Positions 18,630-28,064 of a DNA stretch of 64,000 bases are shown here, piece after piece (the first letter of the stretch is position 1; every line of letters starts with the position of its first letter). A program made the position numbers and the translations under genes. Location of the stretch: positions 64,001-128,000 of the forward strand of contig CAWDPO010000003.1 of NCBI GenBank assembly GCA_963804165.1, given 5' to 3'. The notes beneath the pieces were generated by a model. The model searched no databases and had not been told where the DNA came from. It saw only the letters and a program-made list of their open reading frames with translations. The stretch is from an uncultured delta proteobacterium. Lineage in GTDB: Bacteria > Desulfobacterota > Binatia > UBA9968.

Positions 18630-20432
18630 TTACTTTCCGAGTTTCTTTTCCTCCGCTAACCACTTGGCAAAGACGCGGAGCGATACGCTGTTGGACGTCC
18701 CGCCGTCGGGGGGGCCATTGTAGACCGTGATCTTGACGGTGCGGTCGCCGTAGATGCCGGGATGCTGCTCGGGGCCGGGATAGGCAAAGCGGTGCGGCGC
18801 GGCGCGGGCGACGACGTTGGCGGGCACGCGCGCTTTGAGCGTGCGAATGTCGACGAACGTCGTCGGTATCGGCAGGTCGTCGACGCGGACAATCGAGTTG
18901 GTGATAAATCCGCCGCCTTCGACGGTGACCTCGAAGGCCGCGGTGCCCTCGGCGACCGTGTTGGGCGTGATCGCGCTCAGTTCGGGCGCGGGCGTGCTCG
19001 GGATCGCGCCGCGGACTTCGACCTTGGCGGTGTAGTGCGGTGTGTAGCCCAGCTCGACGAAGCGGCCGCCTTTCATCACCCGTTCGATCTTACGGGTGTT
19101 CTCGATATTCGCCAGCGGACTGGCTGAGAGGATGACCAGATCGGCGTTGACGCCCTCGCCGACAAATCCGACGGGCGGCTTGGCGGGGGATTTCTTTCTC
19201 GCCGTGAGCATTTCGGCGCCCCACAAGCTCATGGCCTGCAGCGCCTGCATCGGCGTCAGGCCGGCTTCCACCAACATCGCCATCTCCATGTGCACGCTCA
19301 AACCGCAGGTGCCGATCGATGGATCGTCGGTGCCGCCGATGATCTTGCCGCCGAGCTCGACCCAGCGCTTGATGAATTCCTGGGAGAAGCGGAAGGCATC
19401 TTTGAATTCCTGCAGGTCCTTGGGCGCTAAGTTAGCCAGCGGTACAGGATTTTCATAACGGCTCGAAAAGGTCCGCACGGCGCGGAACTTCAAGAGCAGG
19501 CTATCGGCGAGATTGCGCGGATAGTAGGTCATCAGCGCGGCGTCGCGATAGACCTCATAAACGTCGTTTTCATGCTTGCGCGCGAGACGGCTCTGGGAGC
19601 CCAGCTCGTAAACCAGCGTGGGATTGAGATAGGCGCCGCGGCCGATCGATTCTTTGATCAGTAGATCGACGCGCGTTTTGTCTCTTAAGAACGTGCCCCA
19701 GTGCAGATGCTTGCCGGTCTGAAAGCCGTGCTGCTCCTCGGGCGTCATCAATGCCTGGGCGTAGCCCCACAGATGTTCGATGCCGTCTTGGCCGGCGCGG
19801 TTTGACGCCGGCGCATCTTCGGTGTGGCCGAAGACAAACAAGCCGGCCTCATGCATCAGCTCCGCCGCCCAGTGATAGGCTTGTTTGTTGCGCTCATTGT
19901 AGGAGGGCAGCACGGCGAAGTCCGGTTTCTTGGCGATCCACTCGTTGAACTGCTCGCGCACCTGCTCGCGGGTCATATTCGGCGCCAGCGGAAAGCGATC
20001 GGCGATGCCGAAAAAGCGCGGCGAGCGCACGGCGGGCTGTTGTGAAGCGCGCGCCAATTCGACGGTGTTGCCGTTCGTACCCCAGGGGTTGAGAATGAAA
20101 ATGCTCGTGACGCCATGGTTCAAGTACAGCTCACCGCAAAAGGCGCGGCTGTGAGTGTGGCTGTCGACCAGTCCTGGGATGACGAACTTGCCGGCGAGAT
20201 TGATGACGTTGGCGTTGGCCGGGTAACTCGTCCCTTTGCCGCCCGCGGCAGTGATCTTGTCGCCCTCGATGATGATCACCGAGTCGGGGATGGCCGCTCT
20301 CCCGGTGCCGTCGATCAACGTCGCGCCCGTCAAGACCGTCGTCGTGCTCTGCTGCGACAGGCCGTCGTGGTGCGGCGAGGCGAGAACCAGCAAAGTGACG
20401 ATGGCGATAATCAGCGGTAGTCTACTAGCCAT
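18630..20432 (-). CDS. Secreted amidohydrolase with C-terminal IPT/TIG-like domain
   Basis: Signal peptide, LIDGTG, PGLVDSHTH, IEHLWG, GGTDD; C-terminal PELSAITP...VTVEGGGF...VYNGPPDGGTSN. Confidence 0.85.
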   Translation of the reverse strand: MASRLPLIIAIVTLLVLASPHHDGLSQQSTTTVLTGATLIDGTGRAAIPDSVIIIEGDKITAAGGKGTSYPANANVINLAGKFVIPGLVDSHTHSRAFCGELYLNHGVTSIFILNPWGTNGNTVELARASQQPAVRSPRFFGIADRFPLAPNMTREQVREQFNEWIAKKPDFAVLPSYNERNKQAYHWAAELMHEAGLFVFGHTEDAPASNRAGQDGIEHLWGYAQALMTPEEQHGFQTGKHLHWGTFLRDKTRVDLLIKESIGRGAYLNPTLVYELGSQSRLARKHENDVYEVYRDAALMTYYPRNLADSLLLKFRAVRTFSSRYENPVPLANLAPKDLQEFKDAFRFSQEFIKRWVELGGKIIGGTDDPSIGTCGLSVHMEMAMLVEAGLTPMQALQAMSLWGAEMLTARKKSPAKPPVGFVGEGVNADLVILSASPLANIENTRKIERVMKGGRFVELGYTPHYTAKVEVRGAIPSTPAPELSAITPNTVAEGTAAFEVTVEGGGFITNSIVRVDDLPIPTTFVDIRTLKARVPANVVARAAPHRFAYPGPEQHPGIYGDRTVKITVYNGPPDGGTSNSVSLRVFAKWLAEEKKLGK

Positions 20433-20602
20433 TTTCCACCTCGGAGATCGGATTCCTTCCAAGGCCAAGCGCGTCAAGTTGAATCGGTCTTTTCTGCGAC
20501 CGTTATGTCTCTTCGGCTTTGCTCAGGACATGCTTTGCGCGAAATTTTCCGAGACGTTGCTGTGATTCGCAGCGCCAGGTTTTCGCGTCAAGCGAACGCG
20601 TC

Positions 20603-21580
20603 CTATTTGCAAAGCGCGCGAGCAACTTCGACGATGCGCTCCGCCGTCGGCGTTACGTAATCTTCCAGCGGCACTGCGAAGGGGACGGGCACGTGCGGGA
20701 TCGTCACGCGCTTAATCGGCGCGCGCAAATATCCAAACGCCTCGTCGGCCATGATCGCGGCGAGTCCCGATGCGACGCTGCAATTGTCGTGGCTCTCGTC
20801 GGTGACGACGAGCCGGCCGGTTTTTTTCACCGAGGTGATCAGCGTTTCTTTGTCTAATGGCTCTAACGTCCGCGGATCGACGACTTCCGCGGAAATTCCT
20901 TCCTTCGCCAACGTTTCCGCAGCGGCGAGGGCGCGCGGACCTTGAACGCCGGTGGCGATAATGGTCAGGTCGCGGCCTTCGCGTTTCACTTCGGCCTTGC
21001 CGAAGGGAATTTCATATTCGCCGTCGGGCACCGAGCCGCGCAGGTTCATCAGTCTTTCGTGAGCAAAAAAGATCGTCGGATCCTGACTCTTTAACAGCGC
21101 GGTACGCAACAAGCCTTTGGCATCGGCCGGGCTGGACGGCATGGCGACCTGCAGTCCCGGTGTGTTCCAATACCAGGGCTGCGGGCTTCCCGAATGTTGC
21201 ACGCCGCCGCCGCCGCGAATGCCGTAGCGCATGAAATAGGTCACCGGCACGTTGGTTTGGCCGCCGGAGTTTGAATACGCAATGGCGGCTTCGTTGACGA
21301 TCTGCGGAATTGCTTCGTAGGAAAAAGTCGCCGTGCCGATATCGACCAGCGGTCTCAGGCCCGCCATCGCCGCGCCCGCTGCGATGCCGCAGTAGCCAAG
21401 CTCGGCGATCGGCGGAGACTTCATACGGCTTGCAAACTTCTGACGTAGACGCGCGAATTGTGCCTGAGCGGGACCCGACCCGACCAAGCCGCCGCCGATC
21501 AATACCACGCGGCGATCTTGCTCAAGAACCTCGCCGAGCGCGCTCACCAAAGCTTCACCGAAAGTCATTTCTTGTGGCAT
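20603..21580 (-). CDS. 2-oxoacid/acetoin dehydrogenase E1 beta subunit
   Basis: PIAELG, GLRP, QHS, PSSPADAKGLL, DPRTLEPLD. Confidence 0.92.
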   Translation of the reverse strand: MPQEMTFGEALVSALGEVLEQDRRVVLIGGGLVGSGPAQAQFARLRQKFASRMKSPPIAELGYCGIAAGAAMAGLRPLVDIGTATFSYEAIPQIVNEAAIAYSNSGGQTNVPVTYFMRYGIRGGGGVQHSGSPQPWYWNTPGLQVAMPSSPADAKGLLRTALLKSQDPTIFFAHERLMNLRGSVPDGEYEIPFGKAEVKREGRDLTIIATGVQGPRALAAAETLAKEGISAEVVDPRTLEPLDKETLITSVKKTGRLVVTDESHDNCSVASGLAAIMADEAFGYLRAPIKRVTIPHVPVPFAVPLEDYVTPTAERIVEVARALCK

Positions 21581-21583
21581 GGC

Positions 21584-22606
21584 TCAATTACCTCTTCCCG
21601 CGTAGGCAAACTTGACCGCCGCTTTAGGATCAGGGAGCGGGCTTTCCAAGGCGAAGCGCGCGGCCTGGTCGGCTTGCTTTCGAACTTCCTCATCGAGCCG
21701 TTCAATTTCTTCACGGCTGACTCCGGCGCTTTTCACCAGCTCGCGCGCATAGATAAAAATCGGATCTCCTTCGGCATACCAGGAGCGGACGTTTTCGGAG
21801 ACCGGGCTGGGATCCCACGCCCATTGGATATCAGTTTTGCCGGCGACGAGCTTTGGATAGGTGGTGTCGTTGCCCGGCCAGGGATGAGTTTGCGCTTCGA
21901 CGAAAAATGGCCCTTCGCCGGCGCGAATGCGCTGGACGAGCTCGCTTGTGGTTTTATACATCGCGCCCACGTCGCCGCCGTCGACGACAGTGGTTTCGAC
22001 GTTGAGCGCGCGCGGAACGTTGGACAACTCCTTGGCGCTGTGGCTCGCGCCGGTGTGCCCGGCGCGCCGGTAATTATTTTCCATCAGGAAGATCAGCGGC
22101 AGCTGCCAGAGTTTCGCGATGTTCAATGCCTCGTAGAAAACGCCTTCTTCCATGGCGCCGTCTCCGAAAAAGACCACCGACACCGCGCCAGTTTGCTGCA
22201 CCTGCGAGGCGAACGCCGTCCCGGCGGCGAGCGCGAGACATCCACCCACGATGGCCGAGGTGTGAACGATTTTCAGATCAGGCGCAGCGACGTGAAACGT
22301 TCCCGCGCGACCGCGGCAGTAGCCGGTATCGCGCCCGATGATCTCCGCCAGAACTTTGCCTGGATCGCCGCCTTTGGCGATCACGTGGCCGTGATTTCGG
22401 TGCGTGCTGAATACATAGTCCTCCTTCGCCAGGGCTTCGCATACTCCGACGCCGGTGGCCTCCTGACCGATGTAGACATGAAAGTGACCGCGAATGAGAC
22501 CCTCGTAGTCTTCATTGAACCGAATGACATGCTCTTCGGCGCGCCGGATCATCAGCATCTTTTGCAGGACGTCAAGCTGCTTGTCTCGGGACATTTCAGG
22601 TAGCAT
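21584..22606 (-). CDS. ThDP-dependent dehydrogenase E1 alpha subunit
   Basis: GQEA, STHRNHGH, GDGA...ENN ThDP motif. Confidence 0.92.
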   Translation of the reverse strand: MLPEMSRDKQLDVLQKMLMIRRAEEHVIRFNEDYEGLIRGHFHVYIGQEATGVGVCEALAKEDYVFSTHRNHGHVIAKGGDPGKVLAEIIGRDTGYCRGRAGTFHVAAPDLKIVHTSAIVGGCLALAAGTAFASQVQQTGAVSVVFFGDGAMEEGVFYEALNIAKLWQLPLIFLMENNYRRAGHTGASHSAKELSNVPRALNVETTVVDGGDVGAMYKTTSELVQRIRAGEGPFFVEAQTHPWPGNDTTYPKLVAGKTDIQWAWDPSPVSENVRSWYAEGDPIFIYARELVKSAGVSREEIERLDEEVRKQADQAARFALESPLPDPKAAVKFAYAGRGN

Positions 22607-22705
22607 TTGTTTCCTCCCTCTGTTTCGTGTTCTCATCAATTGCGACGGGTCATCGACAATCAAACGTGGCGCGATGACCGGGCGCCGAGCGACCGCGTCG
22701 AATCC

Positions 22706-23134
22706 TCAGCTGGTAATGTAGCGCTCCAGCTGCTCGATAATAAATTTTTGATCGTCGATAATCGACTTCACCAGATCGCCGATGGAGATGATGCCGACCA
22801 ATTTTCCTTCTTCGATGACGGGCAGATGGCGCACGCGCTTGTCCGTCATGATGGCCATGCATTCCTCGATCGGTTGGTCCAAATGGGTGCACGCGACGTG
22901 AGTCGTCATGATTTCCTTGACCTTGGTCGTCGGAGAGGCGCGGCCCTGAAGAATGACTTTACGGGCGTAGTCGCGCTCGGAGATGATGCCGACGAGTTTT
23001 GGCCCGTCCGCGACCAGTAGGGCGCCGACTTCTTTTTCCGCCATGCGCCCCAGGGCTTCGAATACCGAGGCGTTGAGCTCTATGGTCCATACCTCGCGCC
23101 CTTTAACGGCTAGGATGTCTCTGACCGTCTTCAT
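22706..23134 (-). CDS. CBS domain protein
   Basis: GIISERDYARKV, RHLPV, ISIGDLVK. Confidence 0.92.
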   Translation of the reverse strand: MKTVRDILAVKGREVWTIELNASVFEALGRMAEKEVGALLVADGPKLVGIISERDYARKVILQGRASPTTKVKEIMTTHVACTHLDQPIEECMAIMTDKRVRHLPVIEEGKLVGIISIGDLVKSIIDDQKFIIEQLERYITS

Positions 23135-23302
23135 GGGAGACCTCCCTATGTGAAGTACAAATGCAGCCCGATGAGACTTATATAACCAATTCACTATTCA
23201 GTGAAAGGGGCGGGCCGGCATCTTCCCAATTCTATACTTGCGCCGCCTGAAGGATTCAATTAAATTTTTCGACCATCACTACAGGAGATCATTAAATCGA
23301 CT

Positions 23303-23641
23303 ATGAAGTGTCCAAAGTGCCAGACCGAAACCCTCGGTGAATTCTCAGTGCACGGAGTTGCCGTGGATCGCTGCACGTCCTGTGCCGGCCTATGGTTCGA
23401 CTCGCACGAGCTTGTCCAACTCCTCGCCGAAGAAGCGCGCCACGTCGCGTCGCTGCGCCGGGGCCATGTCAAAGAAGAGGTCGAAGGAAAAAGAGGTAAG
23501 TGTCCGCGCGAAGGATCAGAACTTCTGCGGGTCTATAGCAGTATCGAACCGTCGGTTGTTTTGGACGCCTGTCCTGACTGCCGCGGCATCTGGCTCGACG
23601 GCGGCGAATTCGACAAACTCTTCGCCGCACGCCCGCACTAG
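23303..23641 (+). CDS. zf-TFIIB-type double zinc-ribbon protein
   Basis: MKCPKC...CTSCAGLWFD and CPR...CPDCRGIWLDGGE. Confidence 0.85.
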   Translation: MKCPKCQTETLGEFSVHGVAVDRCTSCAGLWFDSHELVQLLAEEARHVASLRRGHVKEEVEGKRGKCPREGSELLRVYSSIEPSVVLDACPDCRGIWLDGGEFDKLFAARPH

Positions 23642-23695
23642 GCGGGTGCCCCGGGATGAAATAAAGGCGTCAGCTGCAAATCAAAGGAATGAACG

Positions 23696-24721
23696 ATGAA
23701 TGATCTCCTATCAGCACGTTGGAGCACGATCGTCCTGGCTGTACTCTGGTCGATCATGATGGCATGGAATTCCCAGAGCGCGGAACAAACACTTACCGCG
23801 AAGCCGGAAAAAACCCGCCTGGAAGTCGGCACGGCGGGCTCGGGCACCACGAGTCTGCCGCTCTTCGTTGCCCTCGAAGCCGGCTACTTTGCCAAGCGGG
23901 GTCTTAACGTCACGGTCAATCAAGTCGGCGCGACCATCGCGGTCCAGGGCGTTATTTCGGGAACCATCGATATTTATCAGGGCGGCACCGCCGCCATCGC
24001 GGCGAATTTGGCCGGCGCGGATATTATTTACGTCGCGGCGGCGGTGGACAAGAACTCGCTCAACTTGTTCGGACAAAAGGGAATCACCTCTTTCGAGAGC
24101 TTGCGCGGCAAATCGATCGCGACTACGTTTCCCGGCGCCTTCGGCGAAATCGCGATTCGCATGAGCGCCCGCAAACAAGGCATGGAGGTCGGCAAAGATT
24201 TGAAACTGCTCTATCATCGCTCGCCACCGGAGGCGCTCTCGACCTTTTTCTTGGGCAATGCCGATGCTCTCGTCATCACTCCACCGCAAACCGAGCTGGC
24301 CAAACAGCAGGGCTATCCAATCATTATCGACTACTACAAAGAAGGATTAAAAATCGTCGGTCCGGGCACTTCGGTGACGCGCGAGTTTTTACAAAAGCAT
24401 CCGAATACGATCAAGGCGTTTCTCATGAGTTATCTCGATGGTGTGAAAAGGGCCGTTGACGATGAAGAATTCGCCAAGAAGATCGAGTCGAAGTACACCA
24501 AGATTTCCGACCCTAAAATCTTGTCTGAAAACTACCAGCAAGGATTGCGGGTGTGGAACAAGGACATGACCGTGGATCCGGCGGCGATCCGGGTGGTATT
24601 GGATGAATCGTCGGATGCCAAGGCGAAAAGCGCCGACGCAAAGAAGTTTTACGACAATACTCTCATTCAGGCGGTCAACCGCGACTATGCGTCGAAGCTG
24701 TTTCCGGGGGAAGTAAAGTAA
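23696..24721 (+). CDS. ABC transporter substrate-binding protein (NMT1/THI5-like)
   Basis: Signal peptide, GYFAKRGL, LRGKSIA. Confidence 0.88.
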   Translation: MNDLLSARWSTIVLAVLWSIMMAWNSQSAEQTLTAKPEKTRLEVGTAGSGTTSLPLFVALEAGYFAKRGLNVTVNQVGATIAVQGVISGTIDIYQGGTAAIAANLAGADIIYVAAAVDKNSLNLFGQKGITSFESLRGKSIATTFPGAFGEIAIRMSARKQGMEVGKDLKLLYHRSPPEALSTFFLGNADALVITPPQTELAKQQGYPIIIDYYKEGLKIVGPGTSVTREFLQKHPNTIKAFLMSYLDGVKRAVDDEEFAKKIESKYTKISDPKILSENYQQGLRVWNKDMTVDPAAIRVVLDESSDAKAKSADAKKFYDNTLIQAVNRDYASKLFPGEVK

Positions 24722-24845
24722 ATCATAAGACGTGAGGGTGAAGGTAAGGCGTAAGGCGCAGGAAGCGCTTCACGGTCTCAAATCGTCGGCTCGGAAAGAC
24801 AAACGGGTTGATGAGAAAACTAGACTAGGTCAAACGGCGAGAAAT

Positions 24846-25511
24846 TTAGTGATGTCCCGGGCTTTCCCATACGGCCATAGCGGCGCGGCAGCACAGAACG
24901 TCTTGCTCCGGGCGGGTCGCGCCGGCGACGCCGATGGCGCCGACGATGGTGACGCCGTTGAGAATCGGCACCGCGCCGCTCACGGCCATCATCCGTCCGT
25001 GATGGGAAACCATCAGACTGCGCAGCCACGGTTGGCGCGCCTGCTGCGCCAGCTCCGCGGTCGGCACATGGAGTGCGGCGGCGGTGTAGGCTTTGTTGAA
25101 GGCTAGCTCCGTCGATCTCGGTTCCGCTTTGTCCATTTTTCCCACGGCAATGGGTGCGCCGGCTTCGTCGACGACAGCGGCGCTGACCGCGATGCCAAAC
25201 AGCTGCGCGTAATCCTGGGCGGCATGAATCATCTCCCACGCTATGTCGAATGGCACCGGTCCGACCGCTGCTTTGTTCTTGCGGAAGAAGGCTGCGTTTA
25301 CTTCGATCGATGGAACGTGCTCGGCGGGGATATCGATATCTTTGAAGATCGCGTCCACCGGGCAAACGATCTCGCATTGCTCGCAATCGATACAGACTTC
25401 AGGATCGATGTAGAACTGCGGCGCGCCGGGCGTAGTGTGAATGCACGCGACCGGGCAAACTTCGACGCAGGCGCCGTCGTTGGTGCACAGGCTGGTGATG
25501 ATGTACGGCAT
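24846..25511 (-). CDS. FdxA-type ferredoxin fused to a GlcG/HbpS (DUF336) domain
   Basis: N-terminal CTNDGACVEVCPVAC and CIDCEQCEIVCP; C-terminal VVDEAG, AFNKAYTA, GAVPI...VGAIGVAG. Confidence 0.88.
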   Translation of the reverse strand: MPYIITSLCTNDGACVEVCPVACIHTTPGAPQFYIDPEVCIDCEQCEIVCPVDAIFKDIDIPAEHVPSIEVNAAFFRKNKAAVGPVPFDIAWEMIHAAQDYAQLFGIAVSAAVVDEAGAPIAVGKMDKAEPRSTELAFNKAYTAAALHVPTAELAQQARQPWLRSLMVSHHGRMMAVSGAVPILNGVTIVGAIGVAGATRPEQDVLCCRAAMAVWESPGHH

Positions 25512-25534
25512 TCAAATGTCTCCCAGAATAAATG

Positions 25535-25650
25535 AGTTCAAGGTTCAAGTTCCAGCCCCCACCTCTTTCCTCCCCCGCGTCGCGGGGGAGGATGAAGGAG
25601 GGGGATTGAACAGAGCGGAGCGGTTGAACGGCTTGAACATTTTGAACTCT
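25535..25650. repeat. REP-like hairpin flanked by GTTCAA/TTGAAC repeats
   Basis: CCTCCCCCGCGTCGCGGGGGAGG hairpin plus periodic TTGAAC units. Confidence 0.65.
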
Positions 25651-25656
25651 CTTCAG

Positions 25657-26241
25657 TTAGCCGTCCGCCGCGAGCGGCAAATCGGTGCGGATTACGTTGG
25701 CCACGTGAGCGTTGGCGCCAAACCGTGGCGTTACCAATCTTCCTTCTTTATCCAGCGTGCCGAGACCGGCTCTGGCGGCCAACTTTTCAGCATCCGCGTC
25801 CGGAGCGGCGGTAGCACGATAACCCAGCTCCCTGATCCACGCGCTCAGCACGAAGCTGATGAAAAGCCCTTTTTGCACCGGCACCTGGCCGCCGATGCCT
25901 GGTGATTCGCGTGGATCGTAATCGGCATGCACCGCGCAAATGACCGCAAACGGATAGAATTCACCGTTGCGTGTATCTTCGGGAGTCAGTCTGGCGATGC
26001 CCGTCATCTCGGCGCCGAAGTACTCCGCCATTCCTTTTAGATGACCCGAGGTGATCTCGGGGGTGTGCAGCTCGGTTTTCGTTGGAAAAACGTTGCCCTC
26101 GGGGGCGTTGCGGATCATCTCGGTGACCGTATTCGCGAGATCCGCGGCGGGTGTTTTGATGAAAAAATCCCAGTAGGGATCGTCCTTGTGAGAGTTTTTC
26201 CCGAGCCAGGGTAACTTGAGCGGACCAAGTCGCAAGGCCAC
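25657..26241 (-). CDS. Short RdhA/QueG-like cobalamin-binding-domain protein without Fe-S motifs
   Basis: HLKGMAEYFGAEMTGIA, IRELGYRA, AGLGTL, FGANAH..IRTDLPL; stops where RdhA Fe-S motifs would begin; GTG start overlaps the upstream TAG. Confidence 0.8.
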   Translation of the reverse strand: MALRLGPLKLPWLGKNSHKDDPYWDFFIKTPAADLANTVTEMIRNAPEGNVFPTKTELHTPEITSGHLKGMAEYFGAEMTGIARLTPEDTRNGEFYPFAVICAVHADYDPRESPGIGGQVPVQKGLFISFVLSAWIRELGYRATAAPDADAEKLAARAGLGTLDKEGRLVTPRFGANAHVANVIRTDLPLAADG

Positions 26242-27581
26242 TAGGCGTCCCGTTTGACGAATCGATTCGTGTTCTCTTTGAGCGGCGCGTAGTAGCCGAC
26301 ATTTCCCGTGACGGCGCTTGCCGCACTCTTCTCGTGCGAGGCGTTACAGCCGGCGACGGTGCAAGCGTGCTCACCCGGCTTGACGCCGGAGTCGTAGCCG
26401 AGCCAGGTGACGCGGGCATTGCGCACGACGCCCCAGAAGCGGTCGTCGATCCATTTGAGAAAACGCACCAACGCCGGACGCGCGAAGTAAGGAAAAGCAT
26501 GAAGCATCGACACCGTCATCGTGTGCCACCAGACATTCGGTTTGGTAAACGGGCAGACGGTGGCGCAGGTGAGGCAGCTGCCCCAATGTTCGTGCACGTA
26601 CGGTCTGAGCTTGTAGCAAGTGAGCCAATTGATCTTGTATTTTTCGATACCGTTGAAGACCACCTTGTCGCCGAACGGAATGCTGTTGGTCGGACAAGTG
26701 TTGGCGCATTTGCGGCAAATTTTGCAAAAGTCATCGACGCCGATATCCACCGGCTCGTCTGCGACCAGCGGCAGGTCGGTTAAGATAGGGTCGGGCATAT
26801 GAATGCGGGCGCCGAAATTTTTGTTAATCACCAGTCCATTTCTGCCCAATTCGCCGATGCCTCCGGCCACGCCCGCCGCCTGCGGAGTCACTACGCCGCG
26901 GAGCGCCGTGTAGCCCAGTTCTTTGATGTAGCCTTCGAGCGCCTTCAGCACCATCACGCCTTTCATTTGCGACACGTGGTACGCGGCGTCGCCGATCTGA
27001 TGGCGGTGTGCCTGAAGTTTGTTGTAGTCCCACGCGGTCGTCGCTTGGATGACATAGGGAAACTTCCGCGCCAGATCTTCCGGCGAATTGCTTTGGAAGT
27101 CGTCCTTCGCCGTGCCGTCCTGGACGTAGCGGCCTCCGCCGGCGGCATAAAGATAAGAAGGGTGCGTCTTGGCGATGCCGACGACATCGGCTCCCATATA
27201 GAGGGCGACGGCTTTGATGTGGCGCGCCATCGCCGCGGGATCGTCCACCGCGACTTTTTGCGAATTGACTTTGCCGTTGCTCGACCGATTGATTACGTTG
27301 GTCAGAAAATGTCTGCGATCGGCGAAGTGGTTGGGAGCCGAGACGCGGGTCAAGGGATCTTTGGAGACGGTGTTGCGATACCAGTTGAACAGCGGTTTGC
27401 CGAGCTCGCCGCGCTGATTTTTCGGATGCGGCGACTGGTTCATGTCGACGTTGACATGCTCACCGACGATTTTGACCGACCGCCCAAGGTAAGGCGTCGG
27501 AAATTCTTCGCCGGCGTGTCCGCCGTTGGTGCCCGTAATTTCGCTGGGCTGTTGCGCTTTCTTCTCAACTGTCAGGGCCAT
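26241..27581 (-). CDS. Reductive dehalogenase (RdhA)/QueG superfamily B12- and 2x[4Fe-4S]-dependent enzyme
   Basis: HIKAVALYMGADVVGIA, GIGELGRNGLVI..FGAR..TDLPL..D.PVD.G, FCKICRKCANTCP, C-X13-CLTCATVCP; no TAT signal. Confidence 0.88.
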   Translation of the reverse strand: MALTVEKKAQQPSEITGTNGGHAGEEFPTPYLGRSVKIVGEHVNVDMNQSPHPKNQRGELGKPLFNWYRNTVSKDPLTRVSAPNHFADRRHFLTNVINRSSNGKVNSQKVAVDDPAAMARHIKAVALYMGADVVGIAKTHPSYLYAAGGGRYVQDGTAKDDFQSNSPEDLARKFPYVIQATTAWDYNKLQAHRHQIGDAAYHVSQMKGVMVLKALEGYIKELGYTALRGVVTPQAAGVAGGIGELGRNGLVINKNFGARIHMPDPILTDLPLVADEPVDIGVDDFCKICRKCANTCPTNSIPFGDKVVFNGIEKYKINWLTCYKLRPYVHEHWGSCLTCATVCPFTKPNVWWHTMTVSMLHAFPYFARPALVRFLKWIDDRFWGVVRNARVTWLGYDSGVKPGEHACTVAGCNASHEKSAASAVTGNVGYYAPLKENTNRFVKRDA

Positions 27582-27641
27582 AACACACTCCTTTTTAGAT
27601 CGGTGCGTAATCGGCTGTTCAATGGTTCAAGCCAAATAATG

Positions 27642-28040
27642 TCATGAATACGACGCCAGCGCCACTTCGGCACACTTCTGATCTTGATCGTCGGTGCCGC
27701 CCGCTACGGCAATGGCGCCGACGACGTTGCCGCCTTCGACGATCGGCAAGGCGCCGCCGCCGGGCATTATACGCCCGTTGCTGGACACCACCAGACTCTG
27801 AAACCAGGTCTGCGCCGCGACACCGGCCAACTCGTTCGTCGGTTGTTGAAAACTGGCCGCGGTGTAGGCCTTGTTGAGCGCTATTTCGACGGTGATCGGG
27901 CGCGCTTTGTCCATGCGGCCTAAAGCTATCATGCGGCCGCTCTGATCCACGACTACGGCGGTCACGGCAATATCAAGTTGGGCCGCCTGCCCGTGCGCGT
28001 TTCGAACCATCTGAATCGCCTTTTCTCCAGGGATAGCCAT
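27642..28040 (-). CDS. GlcG/HbpS family heme/cobalamin-binding protein
   Basis: VVDQSG, ALNKAYTAA, GGGALPI, VGAIAVAGG..DQD; GAGGAG RBS. Confidence 0.9.
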   Translation of the reverse strand: MAIPGEKAIQMVRNAHGQAAQLDIAVTAVVVDQSGRMIALGRMDKARPITVEIALNKAYTAASFQQPTNELAGVAAQTWFQSLVVSSNGRIMPGGGALPIVEGGNVVGAIAVAGGTDDQDQKCAEVALASYS

Positions 28041-28064
28041 TGTCTTGTGCGATCCTCCTCGTTG

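Noticed and set aside
21458-22603. 381-aa plus-strand ORF and similar long shadow ORFs (26799, 32794, 37596, 56506)
   Set aside because: Antisense to well-supported genes, as expected in GC-rich DNA
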